Source of the DNA: Clostridia bacterium
GTDB taxonomy: Bacteria; Bacillota; Clostridia; Christensenellales; QALW01
Assembly (NCBI GenBank): GCA_017516345.1
Contig: JAFXDC010000027.1
Span: 1 to 60,354, forward strand
Length of the DNA: 60,354 nucleotides
Direction: 5' to 3'
A program made the translations under genes and the position numbers. Positions 48,531 to 58,264 of the stretch are shown here, in pieces. Within the stretch, counting starts at the first letter, position 1. Every line of letters starts with the position of its first letter. The notes under the pieces are model-generated. The model was not told the DNA's origin. It did no database searches and saw only the letters and a list, made by a program, of their open reading frames with translations.

Positions 48531-49520
48531 TCATCCCTTGGCCTGAGCCGCCTTGGCGTCACGCTGACGCACAGCCTCGTACATTATGATTCCCGCAGAT
48601 ACCGCCGCGTTAAGGGAGTCCACGCTTCCGCGAACAGGCAGAGCTATAAGTCTGTCGCAATTCTTGCGCACGTTCTGGCTTATGCCGGAGCCCTCCGAGC
48701 CGATAACTATTCCTACCGAGCCGCAAAGATTGGTCTTTACACAGCTCTCGCCGTCCATTGCCGCGCCGAATATCCACATTCCCTTGCGCTTAAGACTCTC
48801 AATTGTCTGGGAGATGTTGGTCACCTTGGCTATGCGCATGTACTCAATGGCGCCCGCGCTTGCCTTTGCAACCACAGGGGTAAGCCCCACCGCTCTGCGC
48901 TTGGGGATGATTATTCCGTGTACTCCCGCACATTCCGCGCTTCTTATGATGCTTCCAAGGTTCTGCGGGTCGGTTATGCCGTCCAGGATGAACACGAACG
49001 GGTCCTCTCCCTTTTGTGCGGCGTAGTTGAGGATGTCGTCCACCTCGCAGTACTCCTTCGCGGCAACAAAGGCGATGATGCCCTGATGTACACCTGTCTT
49101 GCTTATTTTATCAAGACGGATGCGGTCTACCTCCTGCACAAGTACGCCGTTTTTGCGAGCCTGAGCCGCTATCTCGCGCACGCTTCCGTCGCCGGCGCCG
49201 TTTGAGATGAGTATCCTCTCTATCTCTCTACCCGCCTTGATGGCCTCCTTTACCGGATTTCTGCCCTCAAGAAGGTTCTCGCAGAAGTCCTCCTCCTGCT
49301 CGCTTACCACCTCGCGGTAGTTCTCCGCCTTGGGCGCATAGGTGCCGTTGGCGTCTCTGCGGTTCTTGCCGCCCCTTCCAAAGGAAGGAGCATATTCCTT
49401 CTCTCCGGGCTGATACGACGCTCTGCCACCCTCTGCACGCTTGCCGCCGCTGCGACCCGTGCCCGCACCGCCGCGGGAATTATCCTTGTTGCTTCCATAG
49501 CTCTTTTTATACTGTGCCAT
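48531..49520 (-). CDS. rlmB: 23S rRNA (guanosine2251-2'-O)-methyltransferase, with a G/R-rich N-terminal extension
   Basis: EGRNPV.EA, HQG, LDGITDPQNLGSIIRSA, IGSEG.G, SLNAAVS; start ATG 49520 after AAGGAG. Confidence 0.95.
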   Translation of the reverse strand: MAQYKKSYGSNKDNSRGGAGTGRSGGKRAEGGRASYQPGEKEYAPSFGRGGKNRRDANGTYAPKAENYREVVSEQEEDFCENLLEGRNPVKEAIKAGREIERILISNGAGDGSVREIAAQARKNGVLVQEVDRIRLDKISKTGVHQGIIAFVAAKEYCEVDDILNYAAQKGEDPFVFILDGITDPQNLGSIIRSAECAGVHGIIIPKRRAVGLTPVVAKASAGAIEYMRIAKVTNISQTIESLKRKGMWIFGAAMDGESCVKTNLCGSVGIVIGSEGSGISQNVRKNCDRLIALPVRGSVDSLNAAVSAGIIMYEAVRQRDAKAAQAKG

Positions 49521-49555
49521 ATTTCTCCTTAAATATACCTGTCGCAAAAAAGCGT

Positions 49556-49966
49556 TTATTCTTTATCATCATTTTGATGCGTCTGTAAAATTACCCCCAT
49601 AAGCAGGTCCAGTCGCTCTCTCTGTCCCGTAAGGTAAAGATATCCCACAAGGGTCTCAAGACCCGTCGCACTGCGATAGTCCTTAACACAGGCGTTCTTG
49701 GGCACCGTGGTGGGCTTGGTGTTGCGTCCCCTGCGGTATATGTATATCTCATCCTCGTTCAGCAGGGGCTCAATGCGCAAAAACGCCGCCGCCTGTGCCG
49801 ATGCCGAAACGTGCTTGACGCTGAGCATATGCAGCTTATGGCTGTTGACCTCCCTTTCAAGCACCCTTGTGCGAACGTAGAGGTCAAACACGGTATCACC
49901 CACAAAGGCAAGGGCAAGAGGATTCTCCTGCCTTGCCTGCATAGGTGTCATTTCTTTACCTATCAT
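49556..49966 (-). CDS. mrnC: Mini-ribonuclease III
   Basis: LAFVGD.VF.LYVR, VSA..QA, RRGRN, Y..ATG.E.L.GYLYL. Confidence 0.95.
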   Translation of the reverse strand: MIGKEMTPMQARQENPLALAFVGDTVFDLYVRTRVLEREVNSHKLHMLSVKHVSASAQAAAFLRIEPLLNEDEIYIYRRGRNTKPTTVPKNACVKDYRSATGLETLVGYLYLTGQRERLDLLMGVILQTHQNDDKE

Positions 49967-51435
49967 TTATTTACCTTCTTGTAAGTTTCGTATGCCGCAC
50001 TCCATGCCTCGGCATTGTCGGGATCGTACTCTCCGGTCTCCACCGATGCCTTTACTACCTTGCGAAGCTCAGCGATATCCTTGATGCTGCCCTCTCCCAG
50101 AGCCTGAACCAGAATGTTACCCATAGCGGTACCCTCAGCAGGTCCGGTTATTACCCTTCTGCCGATGGCGTTTGCCGTCATCTGGTTAAGCAGAAGGTTC
50201 TGACATCCTCCACCCACAATGTGGAGCACCTCTATCTTCTTGCCGGTGATCTCCTCAAGTCCGTCAATTGCCTCGCGGTACTTAAGTGCAAGGCTCTCGT
50301 AGGCTGTACGGATGACCTCGCCGCGGGTCTCGGGAACCGCCTGGCCGGTCTTGCGGCAGTATTCCTTGATGCGCTCCTCCATGCCGACAGGTGCCACGAA
50401 ATCGGGGGCGTCGGGGTTGATGAAGCACTTAAAGGGGGTGGCCTCGTTTGCAAGCTTTACCATGTCGGGGAAGGAGAGCTTGTCTCCCATGCGCTCCCAA
50501 TCTGCGCGGAGCTGTTGGATGATCCACAGACCCATGATATTGCTTAAAAGATTGTATCTTCCGCCAACCGCACCCTCGTTGGAGAAATTGTTCTCGTAGG
50601 TAACGTCGCTTACTACCGGCTCGTCCACCTCAATGCCGAGCAGGGACCAGGTGCCGCTTGAAAGGAACGCCCAATTGTCTCCCTCCGCGGGAACCGCCGC
50701 AGATGCAGAGTTGGTATCGTGGGAGGCTACAACGTATACGGGCACGGGGTCAAGACCCACCTCCTTGCAGATCTCGGGCAGAAGCATGCCGCGAAGTGTG
50801 CCGGGCTGCTCGATCTTGCCGAAGATGTGCTCGGGAAGTCCCATTGCCTTAATGATATCCTTTGACCAATCACGGGTGGCGGGATCCACCATCTGGCTGG
50901 TGGTGGCCTCGCAGAACTCGGTGCCCTTCTTGCCGGTCAGGAAGTAAGCAAACAGGTCGGGGATGAACAGAAGATCCTGCGCACCCTCAAGTGCCGCGCT
51001 TCCCTGCTTTTTCATGGCAAGAAGCTGGTTTACGGTGTTGAAGAACTCGAAGGAAACGCCGCTGTGGTTGAATATCTCGCGACGGGGCATAAGCCTTTGT
51101 GCCTCCTCCATCATGCCGTCGGTACGCTTGTCGCGATAGTGATAGGGCGCGCCGAGAAGCTCGCCGTTCTTGCCAAGCAGGCCGAAATCAACACCCCAGG
51201 TGTCAATGCCTATGCCGTCAAGCTTACCGTAATTGCCGTTGGCATACTTTATAAGACCCTGTTTGATCTCAAAAAACAGACGGAAGGTGTCCCAATAATA
51301 GTGCCCGCAAAGCTCTACGGGGTCGTTGGAGAAGCGATGTATCTCCTCCATGGTAAGCACGCCGTCATTAAGACGACCAAGTATTGCTCTGCCACTGCTG
51401 GCTCCGAAATCAAACGCAAGGAAATTCTTGTTCAT
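49963..51435 (-). CDS. rhaB: Rhamnulokinase/fuculokinase (FGGY family)
   Basis: AFDFGASSGR, GIDTWGVDF, YRD.RT, SHDT.SA, SSGTWSL.G, NIMGLW, VGGG..N; start ATG 51435. Confidence 0.85.
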   Translation of the reverse strand: MNKNFLAFDFGASSGRAILGRLNDGVLTMEEIHRFSNDPVELCGHYYWDTFRLFFEIKQGLIKYANGNYGKLDGIGIDTWGVDFGLLGKNGELLGAPYHYRDKRTDGMMEEAQRLMPRREIFNHSGVSFEFFNTVNQLLAMKKQGSAALEGAQDLLFIPDLFAYFLTGKKGTEFCEATTSQMVDPATRDWSKDIIKAMGLPEHIFGKIEQPGTLRGMLLPEICKEVGLDPVPVYVVASHDTNSASAAVPAEGDNWAFLSSGTWSLLGIEVDEPVVSDVTYENNFSNEGAVGGRYNLLSNIMGLWIIQQLRADWERMGDKLSFPDMVKLANEATPFKCFINPDAPDFVAPVGMEERIKEYCRKTGQAVPETRGEVIRTAYESLALKYREAIDGLEEITGKKIEVLHIVGGGCQNLLLNQMTANAIGRRVITGPAEGTAMGNILVQALGEGSIKDIAELRKVVKASVETGEYDPDNAEAWSAAYETYKKVNK

Positions 51436-51483
51436 AATAATCCACTCCATAATTTATTTTTTCGGCACTGTGCCGTTTTTTAC

Positions 51484-52170
51484 TTAATTATCGCTTTTCT
51501 TTTTAAAGGAGAGCTTGCGCTCCTGTCCCTTAAGCACCCTCTTGATGTTGTCGCCGTGCTTGATTATTACAAGCAGTGCGGTGATGCCAATGAGCACGGT
51601 GCCGAATATGACCGTCTCGCGGCTCTGCCTCTGCCACAGATTAAGTCCGAAGATGCACACCGCTATGGGCACGCTGACCGATGCGCATACCGAGCCCACC
51701 GATACCATTCTTGTAAGCACCACCATGATGGTCCATACCGCAAGACAGCTCAGCCCCATTCTCCAATCAAGAAACAGCAGAAAGCCAAGCGCCGTGCTGA
51801 TGCCCTTGCCCCCCTTAAAGGAGAAGTATATCGGGAACACGTGCCCGAGCACCGATGCAAGGCTTGCAACATATACAAGCTCCCATACCGGCTCGCCGTA
51901 AAGCAGCAGTCCCAAAAAATAGCCTGCCGCCGCCGCTCCGAAGCCCTTCAGAGCATCAAGGGCAAGGGTCGCGGCTCCGTAGCCCGTGCCGTAGGTGCGA
52001 AGCATATTCGTAGCACCCGCATTTCCGCTTCCCGAGGTGCGGATATCACGCTTTTTGGTGATTGCGGTCAGTACGATCGCAAAATTAACGCTTCCGATAA
52101 GGTATGCGACAATAAGGGCAAGTATTATCCCAAGCCAGCTATGGCTTATCAGCTCAAGTAAGTATTGCAT
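51484..52170 (-). CDS. plsY: Glycerol-3-phosphate acyltransferase PlsY
   Basis: AYLIGS, DIR..GSGN.GATN.LR, D.LKG, GH.FPI...FKGGKG, H..NI.R. Confidence 0.95.
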   Translation of the reverse strand: MQYLLELISHSWLGIILALIVAYLIGSVNFAIVLTAITKKRDIRTSGSGNAGATNMLRTYGTGYGAATLALDALKGFGAAAAGYFLGLLLYGEPVWELVYVASLASVLGHVFPIYFSFKGGKGISTALGFLLFLDWRMGLSCLAVWTIMVVLTRMVSVGSVCASVSVPIAVCIFGLNLWQRQSRETVIFGTVLIGITALLVIIKHGDNIKRVLKGQERKLSFKKKSDN

Positions 52171-52182
52171 CGCTTCCTCCGA

Positions 52183-53283
52183 TTACCAATTGTCGCTTCC
52201 GTCGTCGGGAACCACCTCTTTAAAGGCGGCAATTGCACATTCTATCATTGAATCGTCGGGCTCTACGGTGGTTATAAGCTGTAAAAGCTTGCCCGGCGCG
52301 CTTATTATGCGTGTAAAGATATTGTCGTATTTCCCCGCCAGCTTTATAAGCTCATAGCCCACGCCCACTACCACGGGCATGCACGCAAGCTTTATAAGGG
52401 TGCGGATGAAGGGGTTGTCCGCGGTTATAAACATGGATACTATTATTCCCACAAGCAGGATAAGTATCATAAAGGAGGTGCCGCATCTGGGATGACAGCG
52501 CTTCTGCTTGCGCACGTTCTCCACCGTCAGGGGCAGTCCGTTCTCGTAGCAGAATATGGTCTTGTGCTCTGCTCCGTGGTACATAAAGGTGCGACGGATA
52601 TCCTTCATAAAGCTTACCGCCACCATGTATCCGACGAATATGATTATTCGTATTACTCCCTCAAACACACTTTTCCAAATGTGATTCTCCAAAAACGGCA
52701 TGGGGCCCGCGAGCCACTTGGTCACCTGGCTGGGCAGATATAAAAACAGTCCTACCGCAAGCAAAAGTCCCAAAAATACGCTTATCACCATTATAAGGGT
52801 GCTTCCCTTGCTTTCCTTTTTCGTCTTTTCCGAGCCCTGCTCCCGGCTCTTTTGCTCCGCCGCGACCTCGACATTCTCCGAAGGATCCGTAACCGTCTGG
52901 GCCACCTCTGTAGCCTCCGTGGCCGCCTCGGTTGCATCTAGGGCCGCCTCGGCTTCCGACTCGCCGGGGCTCTCGACATCCTACTCGCCCTTGATCGTCA
53001 CCTTCTTGGGCTTATCCTCAAGCTCATCCTCAAGACCTGCTATCTCGGCGGAGCGCATAAGGCACTTGTAGCCAAAGCTGAGGGAGTCTATCATATTAAA
53101 GATGCCCCTTATAAAGGGAAGCTTAAAGAATTTTCCCCTCTCCTTGCCCTTTGTGGGAAATTTTTCAATTACCATGTTGCCGTCGGGATCCCTTACCGCC
53201 ATTGCGGTCACCTCGGGTCCGCGCATCATAATGCCCTCAAGCAGAGCCTGTCCGCCTATAGAGGTCTTCTTTTGTTCACTCAT
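52183..53283 (-). pseudogene. DUF1385 (YqhQ-like) membrane protein interrupted by one in-frame TAG
   Basis: N-half IGGQA.LEG.MMRG and C-half YHGAEHK.I.CYE, HPRCGTSF, T.EPD are in the same frame (1101 nt); only TAG 52981-52983 interrupts it. Confidence 0.8.
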
Positions 53284-53331
53284 TTCTTCACCTGTTAAAC
53301 TTTCTTATGTCAGTTATTGTATCTTATGCTC

Positions 53332-54201
53332 TTATAGTATCAAGTGCAATAAAACACCGCTTAGCACCGCCGCGGCAAGCATCACCGCAACGATGAAAAG
53401 GTTCTCTCTGTGGTTTCTGTTGGCGCGAAACAGCACAAGCAGTCCGGTTCCCGCACCGGTGCACAGTCCCGCCACCGCAGAGCCGAAGGAAAGTCCCCCC
53501 GCCACGTACAGCTCGGTTATCACCACCGATGCCGCACAGTTGGGCACGAACCCGAACAGGGCGCATATTACCGGCTGAAGCAGGCTGTCCCCTCCAAGCA
53601 TGGCGGCAAGCTTATCCTCTCCGATGAGCTCTACCGCAAAATTCAAAATAAAGGTGACCGCAAAGAGGAATGCCGCTATTGCCACAACGTGACGGAGCGC
53701 GGGCAGCAATATACTTTTTATAAAGCCGTGGTCATGGTCGTGGTCGCATCCGCAGTCCCTGCAAAGCTCATTTTCGGGAAGGCTCTCCTTGCGCTTATAG
53801 CAAAGGTCCACCACAAGACCGGTGACCATTCCTATTATAAGCTTTGAGACAAGCAGCATGGCTATCTTATCCCACGCCTCGCCCTTTGCAACAAGAAGGG
53901 GAAGCGCCTCGTCGGAAGTAGCAAGCATTACCGCCACCACGGTGCCGGTGGTCACTATGCGGCCCGCATAAAAGTTTGCACACACCACCGAAAAGCCGCA
54001 TTGGGGCACCATTCCAAGCAGACCGCCTATAACGCTGCCGAATTTTCCCGAGCGCGCAAGGAAGCTCTGAAACCGATCCCCCGCCTTGTGCTCAAGCCAC
54101 TCTATTAAAACATAGGCTATCAAAAGGAAGGGCAGAACGTGAAGGGTGTCCTCAATGGTATGTAAAAGCGCGTGTAAAAGATCCTCCCACATCTTACTCA
54201 T
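53332..54201 (-). CDS. Putative metal (Mn-type) permease with a His/Cys-rich loop
   Basis: PQCGFS, ATSDEA.P, CRDCGCDHDHDH, PNCAASV, GLC...G; multi-TM. Confidence 0.75.
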   Translation of the reverse strand: MSKMWEDLLHALLHTIEDTLHVLPFLLIAYVLIEWLEHKAGDRFQSFLARSGKFGSVIGGLLGMVPQCGFSVVCANFYAGRIVTTGTVVAVMLATSDEALPLLVAKGEAWDKIAMLLVSKLIIGMVTGLVVDLCYKRKESLPENELCRDCGCDHDHDHGFIKSILLPALRHVVAIAAFLFAVTFILNFAVELIGEDKLAAMLGGDSLLQPVICALFGFVPNCAASVVITELYVAGGLSFGSAVAGLCTGAGTGLLVLFRANRNHRENLFIVAVMLAAAVLSGVLLHLIL

Positions 54202-54340
54202 CCTCCTGTCATTTTATGTGCCATGGCACTCTCTGTCTTGTTTTTTACCCGGTTTTTTTGCGCATTTTTGCGCATTTTTTAAGGTTTTTTTCGTGTTTTT
54301 TAAGGCTTTTTTCCATCAAAAAATTTTTAAAAATTATTTT

Positions 54341-54721
54341 TTAATACAAAGCCGTAATTATATTGTACTGAACCACCTGTGCCGCAAGGCTGATAAGGGT
54401 GATATGCAATATCGGGAAGCGCTTTACTCCCTCCCTTTGATCCGCCTTAAGGTTATGGAGCTTATGGGCCACAAAGCCCATAAGGCATATCTGCATAAAG
54501 CGCACGCCGTGCCACAGAAGCTGACCCCAGAACGTAGGCTTTACCCCGTTAAATACGCAGAATACCGCCGCTATAGCCACCTCGCAGCCCACAATAAACC
54601 ATATCGTGCGCTTAAGAACGGTTCTATAGCTTATTCCGAATACCGGTGCGCTTGCAACAAGCATTCCCGACCCCACTGCGGCAAGCAGCAGTCCTATAAG
54701 TATTATCTCAAACAGCTCCAT
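54341..54721 (-). CDS. Hypothetical membrane protein (about 4 TM)
   Basis: ATG overlaps the glmM stop (TAATG); hydrophobic segments. Confidence 0.65.
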   Translation of the reverse strand: MELFEIILIGLLLAAVGSGMLVASAPVFGISYRTVLKRTIWFIVGCEVAIAAVFCVFNGVKPTFWGQLLWHGVRFMQICLMGFVAHKLHNLKADQREGVKRFPILHITLISLAAQVVQYNIITALY

Positions 54722-56073
54722 TATCTTCTGCGCGCGCCAAAGCATTCGGTCATGCTTGCGGCAACCTCCAAGCCAAGCTTTGCAATTATCTCGTTGTCAG
54801 GGCCCTCCAGCATTATGCGCAAGAGGGGCTCGGTTCCCGAGGCACGCACGAATATTCTGCCCGCCTGACCGAGGGTCTCCTCGGCGTTCCTTATGGCTCT
54901 TGCCACAGGCTCATAGCTAAGATAATTCTGCTTGGCCTCCCCTTGGACCACCATATTTATAAGCACCTGGGGCAGATTCTGCATCACCGACACCTTGCTC
55001 GCCTTCTCGCCGCTTTTCTTTATGGCGCTTAACAGCTGCAGGGCGGTAAGCATACCGTCGCCAGTAGTATTATGGTCAAGAAATATAACGTGGCCGCTCT
55101 TCTCGCCGCCCAGATTATAGCCCTTGTCCAGCATGCGCTCTAATACGTATCTGTCTCCTACCGCAGTGCTCGAGATGTTAAGCCCGTTTTCCTTGGCACA
55201 GATATTAAGCCCCATATTGGACATTACGGTACAAACTATGGTATCATCCTTGAGCTTGCCCTCCTTCTTAAGCTGAAGGCCGCATATGGCAAGCACGTGG
55301 TCGCCGTCAAGCTCCATACCGCGCTCGTCGCAGGCGATGAGTCTGTCGGCGTCGCCGTCAAAGGAGAGACCGATATCGGCATCCTGCTCCACCACAAGCT
55401 CGCATATCCTGTCGGAGTGGGTAGAGCCGCAATTTTTGTTTATATTACAGCCGTCGGGCGAGTCGTAATAGGCAAGCACCTCGGCACCAAGCGACTCAAA
55501 AAGGGTCTGCGCGATGCCGCTTGAGGCGCCGTTTGCGCAATCCACCACTATCCTCATACCGTCAAGGCGCACATCCACCGTGGAGAGCAGAAAATCAATA
55601 TAATCCTGTGTGGGATTTTTGACCTTTATAAGCCTTCCCACGTTCTCGCCCTCGGGCGCGGGAAGCTCTGAGTTATTTTTTATTATGCTTTCAATACGGT
55701 CCTCCACCTCGTCGGCCAGCTTATAGCCCTCACCGTTAAAGAACTTGATACCGTTATCCTCCATGGGGTTATGGGAGGCGCTTATCATTACTCCGGCATC
55801 GCAGGAGTAATATCTTGTAAGATATGCCACCGCAGGAGTGGGCAGTACCCCCACCGTAATGGCATCGGCGCCCACGCTCATTATACCGGCGATGAGAGCC
55901 GCCTCAAGCATATTGCCCGAGAGCCTGGTATCCCGTCCCACAAGTATGCGGGGACGCTTTATATGATTGGTAAGCACGTATGCGCCCGCTCTGCCAAGGT
56001 CGAAGGCCAGCTGAGCGGTAAGCTGAACGTTTGCCTTGCCTCTTACTCCGTCTGTTCCGAATAGTCTTGCCAT
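54721..56073 (-). CDS. glmM: Phosphoglucosamine mutase
   Basis: LFGTDGVRG, GRDTR.SG, ISASHNP, DGDADR, GGE.SGH, R.SGTEP motifs. Confidence 0.97.
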   Translation of the reverse strand: MARLFGTDGVRGKANVQLTAQLAFDLGRAGAYVLTNHIKRPRILVGRDTRLSGNMLEAALIAGIMSVGADAITVGVLPTPAVAYLTRYYSCDAGVMISASHNPMEDNGIKFFNGEGYKLADEVEDRIESIIKNNSELPAPEGENVGRLIKVKNPTQDYIDFLLSTVDVRLDGMRIVVDCANGASSGIAQTLFESLGAEVLAYYDSPDGCNINKNCGSTHSDRICELVVEQDADIGLSFDGDADRLIACDERGMELDGDHVLAICGLQLKKEGKLKDDTIVCTVMSNMGLNICAKENGLNISSTAVGDRYVLERMLDKGYNLGGEKSGHVIFLDHNTTGDGMLTALQLLSAIKKSGEKASKVSVMQNLPQVLINMVVQGEAKQNYLSYEPVARAIRNAEETLGQAGRIFVRASGTEPLLRIMLEGPDNEIIAKLGLEVAASMTECFGARRR

Positions 56074-56076
56074 GAA

Positions 56077-57708
56077 TTATCTCACCCTTCTTCTGATTCT
56101 TCTGCTTCTTCTTACAGCACGCTTTTGGAGAATATTGATCACTATCAGGGCCACCACTCCCACCACGATAAGACCGCCTATTACAAACAGAATTATATAA
56201 AGGGTCTTAAAGCTTTCGGGATCTATTAACGGCTCGGGGGTAGCGGTGGGCTCCACCGAGGTGTTTATCGTGGGTGCGGCGGTGGGAGGGGTGGTGACTT
56301 CGACGGTCTCATCCAGGGTAATGAGTATCACGTCGGTCTCAAAGCTCTTTTTGTTACCCTCCTGATCGGTTACTGTAACCTTAAAGTAAACGTTTTCGGT
56401 CTCCTCAATGGTAAGCACCACCTGGAAGGTGTTTACGGCGTTGGGGTCCATGGAGTAGATGGTCTTTACCACCTGGCCCTTATGATCTACCACCTCGATA
56501 TTGGTAACCGGAACGAGGCACTTATTGCTTACCGCCAGGTCGAAGGACACCTGCGAGGGCATATTGATGACGTTCTTATCCGCAACGGCGGTTATTCCCA
56601 TTACAACGTCGTTGATGCTTGTTTCCAGGGTAACGTCCACACTGTTGGAGTAGTTCTTATACTCGTCTCCCAATGCATCCTCTGCGTTAAAGGTATATCT
56701 TATCTGCTTATCTCCCGTAACCTTGATGGACACGGTGCCGTCAATGCGCTGACCGGGTGCAAGGGACCTTACGGGGGTTTGTATCTTGTCGTAATTCTCG
56801 TTAAAGAGCTCCACCTTATTAAGGGCGACGTTACCGCTGTTTACCACGGTGTATACTATGGAGATGGTCTCGTTATACTGTGCGCTTGCGGTGGGGCGGG
56901 CAACGATATAGAACTGCACCTCGGCATTTTTAAGGGCTACCGATACAGATTCTCCGGACTCACTGCCAAGGTCGGTCATCACCGTGGGGATGACGGTAAA
57001 GTCGTTTTGCACGTTTGTTACCGAGAAGGTTATCTCCCTGCTCTCACCTGCGGGCACTCCTCCGATACTGACGGGGGCTACCGAGAGGGTGGAGCCATCC
57101 TTATACTGACCCTTGATATCCACCATGGCGGTATCCGAGGTGGTAACGGTGCTCTTATTGGTAAAGGTACCCGTAAAGATCACGGTACCGTTTTTGTTTA
57201 CGATGGTATTATCCGGAGCTATGACTATATCGTAATAATCGGGCTGAATACCTTCAATATTGATGCTTCCGACAAGATGCTTATCGGTAACGTTGAGGGC
57301 GGGCTCGACGGGCACAGGCTCGGTGCTCTCCGCCTCGGGCTCGGTATAGCTATAGATGGCATAGATCGGAATATCCACGTTAAACTGCTGTGCGGAGAGC
57401 TGAGCAACAAGCATCAGCGATGCTGAGGAGGTTATATCCTGGCTGTAGACCGTTGCAGGCTCCTGGCTGTCCCCGAAAAAGAGCTTTATCTCCTTTACGG
57501 TGGCTCCGTTCAGCACGCTTACGTCCACAGTGATATTCACGGTCTGAGTGGTGCCCTCCGAGGGCAGTATGGCGCTTGTTATGTCGGGAGTAACGGTATA
57601 GCTTACCCTGTCCTCGTGGGTCTGAGCGCATACGGTAAGCACTGCTGCCGTTACAAGCACTGCCAAGACTGCAAAAATTACAATTGCTTTGATTTTTGAA
57701 TTCTTCAT
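56077..57708 (-). CDS. Surface protein with several Ig-like beta-sandwich domains, T/P linker and C-terminal TM plus Arg-rich tail
   Basis: Signal peptide; YTVVNSGNVALNKVEL and L.PG-type DUF11/DUF7507-like motifs; TM followed by RRSRRIRRRVR. Confidence 0.8.
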   Translation of the reverse strand: MKNSKIKAIVIFAVLAVLVTAAVLTVCAQTHEDRVSYTVTPDITSAILPSEGTTQTVNITVDVSVLNGATVKEIKLFFGDSQEPATVYSQDITSSASLMLVAQLSAQQFNVDIPIYAIYSYTEPEAESTEPVPVEPALNVTDKHLVGSINIEGIQPDYYDIVIAPDNTIVNKNGTVIFTGTFTNKSTVTTSDTAMVDIKGQYKDGSTLSVAPVSIGGVPAGESREITFSVTNVQNDFTVIPTVMTDLGSESGESVSVALKNAEVQFYIVARPTASAQYNETISIVYTVVNSGNVALNKVELFNENYDKIQTPVRSLAPGQRIDGTVSIKVTGDKQIRYTFNAEDALGDEYKNYSNSVDVTLETSINDVVMGITAVADKNVINMPSQVSFDLAVSNKCLVPVTNIEVVDHKGQVVKTIYSMDPNAVNTFQVVLTIEETENVYFKVTVTDQEGNKKSFETDVILITLDETVEVTTPPTAAPTINTSVEPTATPEPLIDPESFKTLYIILFVIGGLIVVGVVALIVINILQKRAVRRSRRIRRRVR

Positions 57709-57835
57709 AAGATTCCCTTCGTTTTTTATCTTTAAGGCCCTTATGCGTCGGTCTGACGACCAAGCGCAACTATTTTGCGGCCTTTTATTTTTAAGCGACT
57801 ATATATTTTACTTTATATATCCGGTTATGTCAACA

Positions 57836-58264
57836 CTACTGCTCCATGGTAAGATACTCAAGCGCAAGAAGGTATGAGCTATAGCCAAAGCCCATTATCT
57901 GTCCCTTACATACAGGAGATATGACACTTGTATGTCTGAACTCCTCGCGGGCGGCGATATTGCTCATATGCACCTCCACCACGGGGATATCAAGAGAAGC
58001 AATGCAATCCCTTAACGCATAGCTGTAATGAGTATATGCTCCGGCGTTTAAAATGATGCCGTCGGTGTTTCCAATTGCCTGCTGAAGCCTGTCTATCAGT
58101 GCTCCCTCGCAATTGCTTTGGAAAAATTCGCACTCTGCTCCGCTTTGAGCCGCCCTTAATTTTATTTTTTCATTTATCTGCTCCAAGGTAAGGCTTCCGT
58201 AAACTCCCGGCTCGCGCTTACCCGTCAGATTTATATTTGGGCCGTTAACAACCAATATCTTCAT
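57836..58264 (-). CDS. aroQ: Type II 3-dehydroquinate dehydratase
   Basis: NGPN.N..G.REP..YG, QSN.EG, N.GAYTH.S, EVH.SN...REEFR. Confidence 0.97.
   Translation of the reverse strand: MKILVVNGPNINLTGKREPGVYGSLTLEQINEKIKLRAAQSGAECEFFQSNCEGALIDRLQQAIGNTDGIILNAGAYTHYSYALRDCIASLDIPVVEVHMSNIAAREEFRHTSVISPVCKGQIMGFGYSSYLLALEYLTMEQ

Noticed and set aside
52981-52983. Genome-wide TAG recoding or alternative genetic code
   Set aside because: TAG acts as a normal stop at natural gene ends in this window (7123-7125, aroQ 57836-57838, tyrA 59058-59060), and no other conserved gene is interrupted
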